A stretch of DNA of 64,000 bases. It comes from Raillietiella orientalis (taxonomy: Eukaryota). Positions 40,285-53,850 of this stretch are shown here, one piece after another. A model generated the notes under the pieces. The model did no database searches, had not been told where the DNA came from, and saw only the letters and a list, made by a program, of their open reading frames with translations. Made by a program: the position numbers and the translations under genes. Positions within the stretch are counted from its first letter, which is position 1, and each line of letters opens with the position of its first letter. The stretch is taken from assembly GCA_036172245.1 (NCBI GenBank), contig JAYWIR010000021.1:310001-374000 (forward strand), given 5' to 3'.

Positions 40285-43200
40285 CTGGAAGGACCCCGTG
40301 TGGCAGCAGACACGTTGGATACCCTCGTCACCTTCTCCCGGAAGCAGCAGAGCTTCCAGTCAGGTGGAGAAGGAGCCATTGCCAGAAACACGAAAAAGGT
40401 TCCTTGCTGAGGTTCGTTTGATCGAAACAGACACCCACGGGCTGCTTCCTTGTTCCAGATTTACCAGACAGAGCACAGAAGTTACGTAATGCATCGAACA
40501 TTGCGCCGCTAGAAGTCCCCCTCTTCTTATTCTCCTCTCGGCAAGCCATCTCCCCATCCCAGCCGAAGAAGCTGCAGAATTCGTGCAGCGCTAAAATAAG
40601 TCACGTGCTTCCTGGCACACACACAGCTCTGGTCAACATCAACTCAATAATCTCTTGTCAATAATTACAGCAGTGGTCGAGGCCGACTCGCACGATGAGG
40701 GAAGAGGAGCTGCCGAGTGCCAGAGCGCGATTTAGTAGGGCTCTGGACATACGTTCGTCGGACGAGAAGATGAAACCCCAACATCAAACGTAGCTCTCAT
40801 TCAGGACTCATGGCCACGGAGCAGTGCTGCGTGAAATTTCCTCCTGGACCTACTTCGAAGGAGAAAGTCCTCCAGGCTTGACAAATCCTGTGAAGAGGAC
40901 CGCAAACTCTAGCCTTGCCTGATATTGGCCAGAGGGAAGGCTCGCGGACTCCCTCGCAAGGAGGAGCCCATCTGTGCTTCTCGTGGATGGTGTAGCGGAG
41001 GAGCTCAGGAGGATGCATCTGTCCTTAGGGATGGGATTCCTCTTTTTGCCCCGGCTTCCACGTGCGCGTACCGTGTCAAGCCGCTGATGAACGTCGACAC
41101 TTCTTCCCGGTCCGGATGCACTGCGTCTGGCCGCATCCGTTAGGTTACGGAAGCGAACAGTTACCTCAGCAACAAAAAATCCAATGTCCCGGATTCCAAT
41201 TTTCTCTCTCTCTCCGTTTCCCTGCATCTCCAATGCTCTGGTGGAACGGCGCGACACTCTCTGGAAGCAGGAAGCGTTTCCTCCGAGTTCGCAGCGGAGG
41301 AGCCTCGCTGGCTGTAAAACGGACAAATTGCCAAACATTCCCGTAAATCATTTCTAGAGGCGCTGACTCCGGTTCGCAAGAAACGCCAATCGCACAAATC
41401 CGAGTTTAATTGTGACTTATACATTCATGTTATACGATCTCGTAAAATCGTACAAAATAACCAATAAATTTATACGGCGCTGCTCATCTCCGTTGCTGGC
41501 GTCCCTCATAAACACATTGCTTTCGAGCTGCTCCGGTAATAAACGCATCGAGGTCAGCGTTCTCGACGTCCACCAAATGCACCCACGAAATGTGCCCACT
41601 GTGCGTTTCCCCCACCCCCGTGCAACCCCTGCGCACTGCTAAGCTCCCTTCGGACGACGGGGGATTCGTGCCCGCGTCCTCAAGTCCTTCAAGGTGAGCA
41701 GCAGCCAAGTCCGGCAATCCAAAGGCACCGTTTGCTGGCGGGGGTTCTGAAATTTAAGGCAGCGTCGCCAGGAGAGCGCCATCCCTCTTTGTGACCTGCT
41801 CCCTTCCAGGATTCACTATCCAGTCCACGTACTGAAGCTCTGAACTGAAACCCAAGCATCTCCGCAGAGGGATCCGGAAGGCCTTTCTAAAAGGAGAAGC
41901 GTCCAGGCAGGACGCTGGCGCCGCAATTACTCGCAGTCTTCCGGGGGACTCTGGTCCTAATCATCAGATGGGAGGTTTCCAGTGAGGAGGAATTTGCGAA
42001 GAGCCAGGACCCCCCTTCCTGTACATCACCCCCGCTCACTCTTTCGTTGAGGGACATCGACAGTTCAGGAGGTCAGAGGGGATGACCAGGCTCTGTCCTG
42101 GCGCCTGCATAGCAAAACGGCAGGCTGTCCGAAAGTTCTTCCTACAGGTTTCCTAAGCTACTGAAGACCCAAGGATCCTGGAGAGTGGGAGCCCCACCTC
42201 GGATCGGAAACGGGTTTGGAGTGACCGAGGCCTGGGACTCTGGAACCCGTGGTCGTGGCTTTTCCTTGTGGAAAGATAGCAACCGATATCACGGCTTTCA
42301 TCGCCTTTTTTTTCCAAAAGAAAAAGAAAAAAGAAACTGGTACTTTGATCGGTGCGTGGCACTTTCATCTGCAGATCCCCCTTTACCAGCAGCAAAAATG
42401 CTCCGGAGGCGAAATAAGTTCATTTTAACCAATTAAAATTGAAAGGGAAGGATTTGAGATAGGAAACGATCACGGCAGGAATTAGCCCAACGCCCGCCTC
42501 TTTGCAACAAGACCGATGGAGAGGACTACCGAATCATCTGCGTCATCACGAAAGACTTTTGTGGACGCAAGGGGGGGGGGGGGAAAGGGTGGCGAGTCGC
42601 CAGCCCCAGCGCCCCGGAAGCCACAGTTCTACCGCTTCCTCCATCCAAACCATGACCAGACCTCTCTTGCTAGGACTTTCCCTTTGCTTTCCCCAGCCGC
42701 GGCGAAGCTTTTCCAAGGTACCACGGGTTCCCTGCCCCCCCCCCCCTTGCTCTTGTCCCAGGAGCAGGGAGGTCAGACCAGGGAGGACCAGCGACGTCCG
42801 CTTCCTGCAAACAGGCGTGCAGGTCTCGTTGTTGCCAAAGCAACGTGGACGCGCGCAACAGGTTTTTCTCAAGTGGGGAGGGCTCCATTCGAAACCCCGG
42901 AATGGCCACTGCACACCTCCAGGACTGATGCTGACTTCCTTGTTCGGGATCGCGGGAAGCCAGCGGACCGCGTGCCCCTCCCATGTTTCAAGTTGCCCGA
43001 GCGCAGCAAACCAAAACAGGGAAGGGAAAGGAAGGGAAACCCGGGGCCGGGGAGAGGCGCCGGAGAGGTCCCGAGAGCTCAGTCCAAAAAGAAAGGAAGA
43101 AGGAAAGGGGGGCTGGTGAATAACTGGAGCAGCAGGAACGCACTGCTGCTGCCGATTTCCAAAGCGTCCAGACTTCATCTGTGCTGCAGGCCAGCCGGAG

Positions 43201-43527
43201 ACCCGAAACCTGGTGGTGGTCCACTTCCGTGGTCCAGAGGCGCGCTCGTGCACAGTGTGCACACACACACAGGTGTTTACCGCAGCAAGCGCGGGTCACT
43301 TTTGCCGCGATTTTCCAATTGAAGATCTCTTCGACTTTTACGATCCTGGGATTGGACAAAAACCTTCCGGTCCAACGAGGGAGGGGGAGGGGAAAAAACC
43401 ATCGACCACTTGCTTTTTTTTTTGCGTGTTTTTTGCCAAAACCAAAAAAGGAAGCCGAAAATTTGTTTTGGTATTCGACGCAGCGTTTGTTTGCAGAATC
43501 GCATTGGAGACTTCGTGATTCCCTCCT

Positions 43528-43531
43528 CCCC

Positions 43532-43563
<32 letters not shown>

Positions 43564-43565
43564 TT
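43528..43565 (+). repeat. C12-T26 compound homopolymer
   Basis: Read directly from the sequence. Confidence 0.95.
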
Positions 43566-44194
43566 AGGGCATTCTTGGACTTCATGATTTCGACTATTTA
43601 AGAATTTCTCTCTTGCAGTAAACCTTTCAAGAGACCTCGGGATCTGACGGACGCCATTCCAGCGATGGTGATTCCTCGATAAAGGCAGTCGCTGGATGCG
43701 GACTGATGGCGGAAGGAGATAAAGAGCCCGGGGCGTTTACCTCGTTATGCACCCTCCTTAGGAATCACCGCGGACACCGTCCACCCGTTCCCTGGGTACC
43801 ACCCTGCTCGTGGATGCTGCCGTTCTTTCGCCTTCGTGGAGCGCCGATGGCGTTGGGCTGCGATGCTCCGCAGCGGAGCCGGTTGCTGCCGCCACCTGCC
43901 AGCGTGCGCGGCGCCAAAAGCAGCTCTCTGAGCTGCCCGGGGTGACCTCTGGCTTTTTTAGCCGAAGTGGAAAAGAGCTTCGCAGTCGGGCTCAGGCGTG
44001 TCGCAGCGGCGCTCACACATCCGTCTTTTCCGGTCGAGGAGGACGCGAGAAGCGCTCGCTGAGAGCGGTTGGCGAGCGCATGTCTTCGCGGACCGATCAC
44101 GGCGAGAGCGGTACTGCTGCTGGACCAGGAGACGCCTACGAAGCCGCGAGAGCGGTTGCACCGTCGCTCGGCCGCCGTTCCGGTCACCGTCGGC

Positions 44195-44470
44195 ATGAAG
44201 ATGAGCTCCGACGGGCTTTCGGCGGCCGCGGAAGCGTTCGTGTCCCGACGAGGCGCGTTTCGCCGGCGCCTTCCTCGACGTCCTCGTTTCCTGCTTCGTC
44301 CTTCCCGCATCCTCGCCCGTCAGCAGGAGATCGCTCGTTTCCCTGTTGCCAAGTCTCCTCCTGCCCTCCCTACCCAACGAACGGACTTCTCAGGCGACCC
44401 AAACATTCACCCCAGGATATCCTCGTTTTTTTCCCCCTCTCTTTTTCGGGCTTCGCCCATCTTGGCACGG
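44195..44470 (-). repeat. Dispersed repeat, inverted partner of 35103-35420
   Basis: Same matches as above. The supplied ORFs share the peptide SSFPHPRPSAGxRSFPC as a by-product of the repeat. Confidence 0.9.
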
Positions 44471-45529
44471 AAGGGACCGCTCCGCACGTCTTCCTCGAGG
44501 GAAGAAGAGGCTGCCGGGGAGGAGGGGGGGGGGGGACACGACTGGAAGCACTCGCTCTTCCTTGGGAGGAAGACCTGGTCCGCGAGGCTGGCGCACGTGT
44601 CTCTTTGCCCCGATACCAAAGACGGAACGGTTCCGTGCCTTCCTGGCAAGGCCGCCAAGGATCTGAAGGGCACGTCGACGCCGGAAGGGCCGCGTTGCTG
44701 TCGTTGGCCGAGGATGCAAAGAGGACGTGGGATGGGGAGGCGACTCCCTCGCTTTCCAGAAATCAAATGGTTCGTAAATTCCTGCGCAGCACAGTGTGCA
44801 GGCGATTGCGTGCCGCCGCGGGATGGGAAAGGGAGGAGAAAATTCCTGGGAGGAACCCGTCGGATCGTCTCCTCCTCCGCGATCGCAAACACGGGGCAGG
44901 CAGGGCGAGCTGCCCAGAACGCAAGGCGCCAGCGAAATCGTGGTGCTCCGTTTGCTCGAGCCGGCGGGAACGACGGCCATCGTGACGCGCGCGCGCCGTA
45001 AATTATCCTCTCGAGCGTTTTCCCGCCGCCGCCAGCCGAACGCGCGCGGTGACGCAACCCCGGTTCGGAGAGGGTCAATACGTTCGATCACCCTCCGATG
45101 GGGAGGGAAGCCGCTCCCGGGGACAGCGCCGCTCGTGGTACACCTCCGTCTCGGTGTTTTGCCATTTCCACACACCCCGGGCAGGGAGGGGGCGGGCGTG
45201 CTTTTCCAGGGTGCTTCGGCCGTGGCGCGGAAACCGATTAGTGGTTTTTCTGGCCTGCCAGCTCGGCGGCGGCGCTGACCCGGTCTTGAGCAACGCTCAT
45301 GAGACCAGTGATTTGTGTAATGGACGTTTGTTACAGTTAGGCGATACACTTCGGGGACGGATCGGGCCGCACTCGTGCTGATCGCCTCCTCCTCGCCAGT
45401 ACCACCTGCGACCAGAGTGGAGCGGCGGCCGTCCACGAAGCCTCCGCCGTCGCTTCGTTCTTGTGAGTTCCTCCTCCACGCCCCCCCTCCCCTTCTCTCT
45501 CTTTTTTTTTCCTTTTCGATGCTGTTATT

Positions 45530-45562
45530 TTCTTCTTCTTCTTCTTCTTCTTCTTCTTCTTC
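45530..45562 (+). repeat. (TCT)~10 microsatellite
   Basis: Read directly from the sequence. Confidence 0.9.
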
Positions 45563-48500
45563 CCCCCCCGTCCTCCCCCTCCTTCTTTCGTTCGCAGCCG
45601 GGGACGTTTCCAAGCCCCTCTATGTGTTTGATTTATTCGTTCGTCTTTCGCAAAGCGAGCGTTCCCGGCAGGCCGCTGCGAGCAGCCTCGGCGCTGGAAA
45701 GGAAAGAGAAAAGCGGCGCGTCGCCTCCGAATGTGTGACAGGCAAGTGGTGTGCTACTTTGACGCAGCCGAAGGCACCGAAGAGATCGGACGGCTGCCGG
45801 GGAGAGGAGAGAACGTGCAGGGGGAGAAAAAAAAAGGCGCCGTTTTATTCCGGGCAAGTTCCTTGGATACACCGCATTCCGCCCGTGCTGCCCGGATGGT
45901 GTAGAATTTCCTAGCGGCCCACCCCGGCCTACGGTACGCCCTCGGACCGGTCCACAACGCACATCCGCGCGATCCGCCTCGCCTCCGTGCTCGCTGCCCG
46001 CCCCGGCAAACTCTATAGTCACGTGTGTGCCGTGAGCGGGGCAGAGGTGCCACCGCCGCCTTCCTCCGCCGAGTGCTCCTTCCTTCCTCTGGTGGACCCC
46101 CGTCGCCGCCGACGGCACCCTTGCGTTGCCCTCGCCCTTACCCCCTTCGGCTGCGGATGCTCGGTAACCCCCCATGTGAGTATCACCACTTCCTGTGTCC
46201 GGGTGACGGTTGCGCCTGGCTTGCGCGCGCGCGCGGCGGTGCCACGGGGGAGGAGGAACGCGCCCCGCTTCCCCTCCGGAAGGGCGGGCGCACGCGCGCA
46301 CATGGCGCAAGCGGTCGGGTTTTCCTTCCCGCTGGCGCCGAGCCGCCCCCGGCCCGCCGACGGTGATGCCGATCCGAGTCCGCTGCGCCCTCCTCCTGCG
46401 GATGCCGTCGCGGACCTCGGAAACGGGTGCGGGTTTGACCCTCAGGCGTTGGCCCGGGAGAATTCCGCGCGCGCTCCTCCCGACCACCCCACGGGTCTTC
46501 GGAGGTGGAGAGCACGCGCGCGGATCTCCGAACGTGGAAGGGGGGACGGGGGCAGAGGGTTGCCCCGGTGATCGATCCACCTCGCGGCGCGCCGCCAGCT
46601 CGGACGCCAGCTGCCTCCCTCTCCAGACGGACCCCGCCGAAGGGCGCCTTCCCCTGCCGCGAGCGACGCGGCCGGTCTCAAAGGAGCAAACGACGGCCGG
46701 CGACTACAGCTGGCTCCCGAAGGGTCCCGGGGGCGTGCGGAACCGCTGACTTCCGAGGAGTGGATGGGCCGGCCCCTCCGCCTTCCGCGAGCGGAGGGGC
46801 AAAGGGGGAGGCGGAGGAGAACGAGGATGCGGGGGACTGGTCGCCCATATTCGCTTCGCCCACGGACCCTCAGATGCCCCCGCCACGAGGCCGCTCCTCG
46901 AGAGGGCCGACGTGGTCCCGTTAGAGACGTCCCCGGGTGCGCCGCCAGCCGTCGCCGTCGAGATGAAAGGGGAAGGAAAAAAAGCGAGAGAAGGGAGGAG
47001 GAGGATGAAGAAGAAACGGTCTTCACGTGAGCAAAAACACCCGAGGCCCTTTGTGATCTGCGTCGGAGGGGATTCTGAGCGACGAGGACAAGTTCCGGCT
47101 ATGGGTCAGGTCAGCAGCGATCGTTGAGGATGGACCATTCCGAGTTTTCTTGGGAGCTCTCCCTGCACCTTTCATTCCATTCCATTTCATTCCACCACCA
47201 CCATCCCTCTCTCCCTCTCTCTCTCTCACTCTGCAAGGAGGAAAAATTGGAGAGAAGAGAAAAACCTCGTTGCTAAGAGACGGCTCCCAAGTCCTTCCAG
47301 CTCCTTTCCTTCGATGCTGTGGGAAGGCAAGGAAAGGGGGACGGACGGACTGCGGCGGGCCTGAGAGCTCCGGTGGCAGCTCCGATCCCCCTCCTGCCTT
47401 CGCGGGGTCCGGAGGGCCTGCATCCCCTCGGAGGGGTGCCCGAATGAAGTTCGTCCGGGAGCTCCGCTCATCTGCGATGCGGCACCCTCTGCCTGACGGG
47501 CTGGGGACAGGCGAAGGGCGCGTTCTCCTCCTCCCCCTCCCTTTCCCGGGTCTTCCCTGCCTCGGAGTCGCGGAGCCACCGGCGACCGAGGGCCGAGGGG
47601 CACGGCCACCGACACGGAAGGAAGCTGCCCAGAATCGTTGCCGGAGCGTTCGACTGCGCGCGCAGCCCCCGCTGCTTCCCACGGTGGCCATGGCGACGGA
47701 ACTATGCCGAGACGAGCGCGCCGGAGAGCAGCTGTGTTTTAGCCCGAACGAGCTGCAGTAGGGCGAGGGCGGGAGCCGGCAACGCTCCCCGCCAGCCGGC
47801 AACCCCCGTTGCCATGCCGCGCGGCGACCGGCGGCCTTCGAAAGGACGATCGCTGCTCGGCCCCCCGAACGAACGGGGGACCTGCCGTGGCGCACGCGCC
47901 GCCGGTCCGCCCCGTCCTTGGAGGCGCGCCTCCCAGTCGCCGTCGGCTCGCTGGTGCGCACGTCCGCCCCTCGAGCCTAAGCGTCCACGCCCTCGTGAAG
48001 CCGAAGCCTCGTCCATGGCTCCCCGCAGCCACCTCGTGCCCCCCGGCTCGCAGTCCCCCGCGTCGGCAGCCCCCCCACAGGGCTCCGCTGATCGACGGTG
48101 CTCGGCGCGTCCTCTTGCCGCGGGTTCCGGAAGCTGGCGCGGCGCTCCCTGCGAGACCCTGCCGCTCCGCGAGCGACCTCGCAGGGCGATGGGCCGCGCT
48201 ACGGAAGGAGCCCGAGTGCGAAGCCCAGCGCCAGGACTGGGGGCCCCCCCATCCGCCCTGGCGGCGGACCGGAGGGAGGCTGAGGAGCGCGCTCACCCCT
48301 CCGCGCGGCGGAGTCTCGCAGACCCGCGGACGAGTCGATTTCAGGGGCGGAGGGGGAGGGGCGCAACTTCATCGCCAGGGTCGCCCCGTGTCCCGAGACG
48401 CGTGACGGCGCCCTTTCCAGCGACAGGTCTAATTGAGCTGAACCCGGAGGGCGCGCCCGAGCCTGACCCGCACCCGGAATGCCTGTCTCGTCGAGAGGGT

Positions 48501-49456
48501 CGTCCGAAACGACTGCCGCGGCCGCACGAAGACGTCACCTGCCGTTAGCTTTCCGGAAATCCTCCCCGTCCGCGCGCAGGTCGAGCACTCCTCCTCCCAG
48601 CCGCCGCCGCCGCCGCCGCATGCGGAGCGCCGCCCGCGGGCGCGGTAGAAGCAAGCGGCAGGGATGCAAGGACAGCGGAGATCAAGCCTTGACCTGTGAT
48701 CCTCATCTCAGCTGCCCGGACGTCTTGCGGCCCTTCCAGTTAGTCGTTGCCACGCGCGTCCCCCCCCCTCCCTCCTCGGAGCCACGACGTCCCACGCGTC
48801 CGGACCAAGGAGTCGTGCGAGAGCGGACGGTCACCTCCTCTCGCACGCAGCCCTCGCTGCGTACAGACGGGTTGCCCCGGCAACTCCGGCCGCGACCGTC
48901 CGTTGCGAAGAGCGCGCGTTCTCAGCAGGAATTCTTCGCCGCGCGCGCGGAGGCGGCGGGCGACGTCAAGCGGAGCGGAAGTCGGGAGGAGAGGGGACGG
49001 CGGGCGGAAGAGGCGCGCCCGCCGTCGCTGCCGCGGAATCCGGGCCGGCCCCGTTCCGGCGCGGGCAGCCGGCGCGAGCCTCCCGTTGAAACTCGGGGAC
49101 CCCTTCCATCCCGGCGCCGCGAGCGGGTCGCCTCCGTCACTGCTCCGCCCTTCGGACGCGCGCCTTCTTGACATTGGCGCGTGACCGGAGAGCGCCTTGA
49201 GGGTTCGAACCAACGTCAAGTGAGCCCGTGGCCACACGACGCCATCCGAGCGACACGCGACGACGGCCGGATGCGCCTCCCGGCGTGTGTGCGATTCAAC
49301 TCTCCTCCGCCCTCTTCTTTACCTCCTCCTCCTCCTCCTCCTTGTTTGTCTTGTCCTTCCCCTCCTTTTCCTTCCTCTCCTCCTCCCTCATCCGCACCTC
49401 GCCTGTATTTGCTTGACCTGCTGTCAAGTGCTCTGTGCAGCACGGGGGTTTCTTAC

Positions 49457-49458
<2 letters not shown>

Positions 49459-49512
<54 letters not shown>
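49459..49512 (+). repeat. Poly(A) tract, 54 nt
   Basis: Uninterrupted A run. Confidence 0.95.
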
Positions 49513-49515
<3 letters not shown>

Positions 49516-50547
49516 AACGCGAAGTGGGTCCGAGAAGCGGATGGGCGCCAAAGGGGGAGGTGGCCCTGTCGAAAGGGGGGGGAGAAGGCGCGAAACCCCT
49601 GCTTCGTGCGGGCAGCGCATCGTCCGGACGGAGCCACGACCAGGGGCTGAAAGGGGACCACGGAAACGGCTCAGGGGCCACCTTGGGCAGCGCGGGCGGG
49701 TGAAGGAGACGCGTGCGAGCGAGGGTGGAATGAAGGGGCCGAAGCGGCAGCGAAGACAACGCGCTCCTTCTTTCCTCACTGCTTGCCGAGGGGCTTTTTT
49801 CGTTCGTGCGCTGGTGACCTGTGGAGTGGCGCGGAAGGGGTTGACCGCGGAGGGCTTCTGCGGATGCCGAAAGCGTGGAAACTCGGCGAAAGGAGGAGGG
49901 GTGAGGAGGAGGGGTGGGGGGCGAACTGCAAGCCTGAAGCGAACGCGGCGTCCCCCGCCACCCACGCTTGACCGCTCCGCATGCTCTGAGGAGAACCGCA
50001 TTCGCCTCCCCCGCGAACGTCGGGCACTCGTCTTTCCGCGCGCAGGCGATTCAGGCGCAGAGGAGAGCCTCGCGAGGCGATTGGAGCGTCTGACCCGTCC
50101 TCGGGCGGTGCGCGTCTTCCCGGAAGCCGTGCCGACCCCCGTGGAGCTGGGCGCGGGCGGGACCCACTTGCACCCAGGCGGATCGCAGCGCCAGGCAGGA
50201 GAGCGGCGGCACGGCGAAGCTTCGGAAGCGCTGCTTCGGAACGACCGACACGAGCGCAGCCGATGCCGCCGCCAACATGAGATTTCGAGGGAAGGGGGGA
50301 GGGGGGTAGGGGGGGTTGAAACGTGGGTCCTCGGAATTTAGAAGGTGCAGGTCACTTCACGAAGAGACCGCGACCACCCGGTCAGAGTCGCTGGCACAAA
50401 TCCAAAGCGAAGACGGCATCGAGGGGAGCAGCGGAGCACACGGCCGCGCATCCGAAAGCGCCCTTCGACCGTAAATCTTCCGCCCGGAGACTCCGCGAGC
50501 TCGTTTTGCGCTCGCCGGGGAACAACAAACTCCGCCAGCGGGCGCAT

Positions 50548-50550
<3 letters not shown>

Positions 50551-50586
<36 letters not shown>
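50551..50586 (+). repeat. (CCG)12 microsatellite
   Basis: Read directly from the sequence. A shorter (CCG)n tract lies at about 48600-48619. Confidence 0.95.
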
Positions 50587-50587
<1 letters not shown>

Positions 50588-53500
50588 GCGCTCGCCCGCC
50601 GTTACGAATCGGGACCGACGTGCGGTTCGGCGGGCGCGAGACCCTGCCACCGGCCCGCCCGCCGGCACTGCGCGAGATAGCGCTGGCAGCATCCGGAGAA
50701 CCGCCAGAACCTCTCGCTGCCGCGGCAGTGGAGGTGCAGAGGGAAGGACGCCGCCTGAGGGCAGGAGACGCCGCTCGTCCCGGTCTTCCGCCCGGCTCGC
50801 CAAGGATCTGCCCCGGCGGGACTCTGAGCAGTCCCAGGGAGTCGCAGGATGCCCCGTGGCCATTGTGAGGCTGCCGCGCCGTCTGCGTCGGGCCCACGTA
50901 CGAGACGCGGCGCGCGAGGAACGTCCCGCGGCTCCCGGGACGCTACGCGAGGTGGCGCAGGTCTTCTCTTCGTCGAAAGCTTCGCGCGCCACCTCCGGTC
51001 GGAATCCCAGAGGGGTATCGCGGAGCGGGAAGTCACGCGATGCCCCACGGGGGCGCGGTCCCGCCGCCACCCGTGACGTCGCACATTCGGAAGGGAGTTG
51101 CACCACCCGCGTTGCGCCATCCCCGATCCGAAACTTTTTCCATGGCGTCGTCCCAACGCACACCGCGCCACACCGCGTTGCACAACCCTAGCAGGACGTT
51201 GCGCAACGCGATATGGCGCAACCTCGGCAGGGCGCCGTCGCACGCTCGACGGGGGTGGCGCGCATCGCGATAGCCCTTGCGGACGGGGGACACCGAACAG
51301 TGCCGCTGCTCCCCTCCTCGCGCAAGTGGCGCGCGCAGTCGCCTTGGAAACGGCTCACTCCTCCTACCGAGTTTTCGGGGGCGCTCAGGGAGGGGAGAGG
51401 AAGGAGAGGGGATTCTCTCCTCCCCCCTTCCCTCTTCCTTGGAAGGGTTTTGCAGCCGCCGCGTTGCCGAGGAAATGCCAGGACGGCACACTCGCCCGGC
51501 GAGCGCGCAGAGAGCCTTGCGGGTGTGACTCGCCGCCGTCGCTGGTTGCCCCCAGGGCCTCGTGCAAGCGCTCTCCACGAGACCGCCCCGGGCAGTGGCG
51601 CCGGAGGGGAAAGGGGGCAGGCGGTTCTGTACGGCGACGCGCCGAGCGCTCCCGGCGGTGACCGCGAGCTCCGCCGCCTGCCTCGCGGCCTCGGTGAGGG
51701 CGGGGCGCTTTTCCCCAGGGCCGCAGGGTGATACCAGAACACTCGACCCCCGGAAGGAGGGAGGAGGAGCCGGGGGACTCCCTGGACGGCCTTTCATGCC
51801 CCCACCCACACTTTTTGTCTTGACCCCGGGTCGGACGGGGCACGCGTCCCAGCTTCACCCTCCGCCCGTCTGCATGGACCGGGGCGGTGGAACCGAATGG
51901 AGGAGCGCGAGGGAAACGCCCACACAACGGAGGGAGGGAGGCCCGCACAAGGGAGTTTTTCCGCGAGGGCAAGGGACCGGCGGGTCGCAAAAGCGCCCGA
52001 GGCGGCTCCGGGAGCCCTCGAGGAACGTTGCGACTGCATCGGAAGGGCGGTGGAGCGACTTCGGCACGCTGCCAGTACGAAGTAAGGCAAGGAGGCGGGC
52101 GACGGAGTGGCACGAACCCTCCGGGCACCCCCTCAGGTGCAGAGGGTGCCCAAGGCGCGGGGGATGGAAGAGTCCGAAGGCGTATGATCCCTCCGGAGGC
52201 CAGTGACCTAGCGCCTGGAATCGGAACGGAGAGGACAGCGGCGGACTTTCCCTTCCGGCGGTACCGGAATTTCGAGGAAAGCACGACCTCGATCGATCTG
52301 AGCGGGAGGCGGTCAGGGAGGTGACCTGCCCCGCCGCATGACCAAGCATCTTGGGAGTGAAGCCGGGAGAGAGTCCGGCAGATGGTGCCCCCGAAATGTC
52401 GCGACCCTCGAAGCTCCGCTCCTCCTGCTCGTTGGCCCGCGGTTTCCCTCGGTTGCATCCCCCGAGATGAGGTGCCTAAGCAGGCGCCGAGTGTCCCCAC
52501 GGCTCCCCACGGGAGGAGGGAGGCACTCGGTGCCGTTCCCCGGGAGGGTTAGCGGACACCGTCCGACCCACTGGGCGAGAGCAGCCGGTGGCAAGGTCGC
52601 CGCCAGTGCCATTTTTCCGGGACAGTCCATCGGAGTAGAGGCTTGGTGGAGGACGTCTCTTCCCTCTTGGGATCCCAAAGGCGAGATGCTGCGGAGCGGT
52701 GGCGCCTTTGGGCTCTGCAGCCAGGCCGACTCGGGGACCGGGCGCCCAGGCGCGCTAGCAGGGACGAAGGAGAGGTCGGAGGCGCCCGTCAGCATCCACA
52801 GACGGGTGGATCAGCAAGAGGCCATCGAGAGGACGGATGCGCAGCGAGGTGGTGTCGTAGCAGCAGCGAAGTGGAGACAGCCGCCGCAGCTCCGAGCTTC
52901 TTCCTTCCTGCTTCGGACGCTGGGAGGAAGCGAAGTGCGGCCGGAAGGAAGGGGGAGTCAAGACGGAGGCAGAAGATCCGCCCTCGTGTCGAGTCCTCCG
53001 AGACTGCGGGCTGGCCGTGCTCACGCCTGTCTTCCCCCCGAGGTGCTCCGTTGTTCCCGGACGCGCCGGAGGAACTCCCAGAAGCGCCGCCGCGTGCGGG
53101 AGCTTCTGGTCGGGGAAAGTCTACACGACACGGCACGCCGTGGTCTTTCCCCCACCGCAGCGCCCTGCGGCTGCACTGGAGACGAAGACGCGCGCTCGAC
53201 TTCCCTCTGGCGTGACCTCTGACGCGTCGACAGAGGAGGAGGGGGAGAGCAGCTTGCGCATTTCTCCAAGGTCGCCTCCTCTCGCAGGCCCGCCGTGCGA
53301 CTGGAGTGCTCAAGGGCCTTCCTGTCTCGCCACCTCTTTTCCACAACAGCTCGGCCCGACACCCTCTCTCCCCCCCCCCCCTCCCCAGAAAGGGCAGAAC
53401 GGCGGCGTCCCTCCGCCGCTGGCAAATTGCCGTGAGGCCGCGGGACGTACGGCTCTCGCCGCCTTCACGTCTGGCTGCAAGAGGGCGGCCCGGTAGCAGG

Positions 53501-53804
53501 AAGGAGAGGATGGGCGGCAGCCAGCTCGCCACTTGCCCGTGAGCGCCCGGGCGTGACGGTTCCCAGCGGAAGTGTGACCGGCGGAAGTTCGCCTCTCGCG
53601 CACGACGCCCTCGCATCCGAGGTGCAGAGCGCGAAGGAAGCCGGGACGCGGACCGGGGAACCGAGGACACCCCCGTTCCTGTCACGAGAGTGCACACAAG
53701 TCTCTTCCTCCCTTTCCCCTCGCCCTACGGAGCCCTCCGCCCCGGCTCGACGTTCCTCTCCTATTCTGCTGCTGCTCTCGACCTACTCCCCTCCCTCCTC
53801 TCAG

Positions 53805-53850
53805 GACGCCTGGGAGCAGAGAGGACGAAGCCGCTTGCGAGCGCGGTCGG
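53805..53850 (+). other. Possible 46-nt upstream exon of the same gene
   Basis: Acceptor CTCCCTCCTCTCAG ends at 53804 and donor G|GTGAGG starts at 53851. Splicing to 54352 gives an open frame (RLGAERTKPLASAVG-ETRQD). Splice signals only. Confidence 0.3.

Noticed and set aside
49459..49512. Poly-Lys/poly-Phe ORFs
   Set aside because: Translation of a homopolymer.
43800..53700. Many long overlapping ORFs (200-400 aa) on both strands
   Set aside because: Arg/Pro/Gly/Ala-rich with no domain motifs; expected from stop-codon scarcity at high GC.
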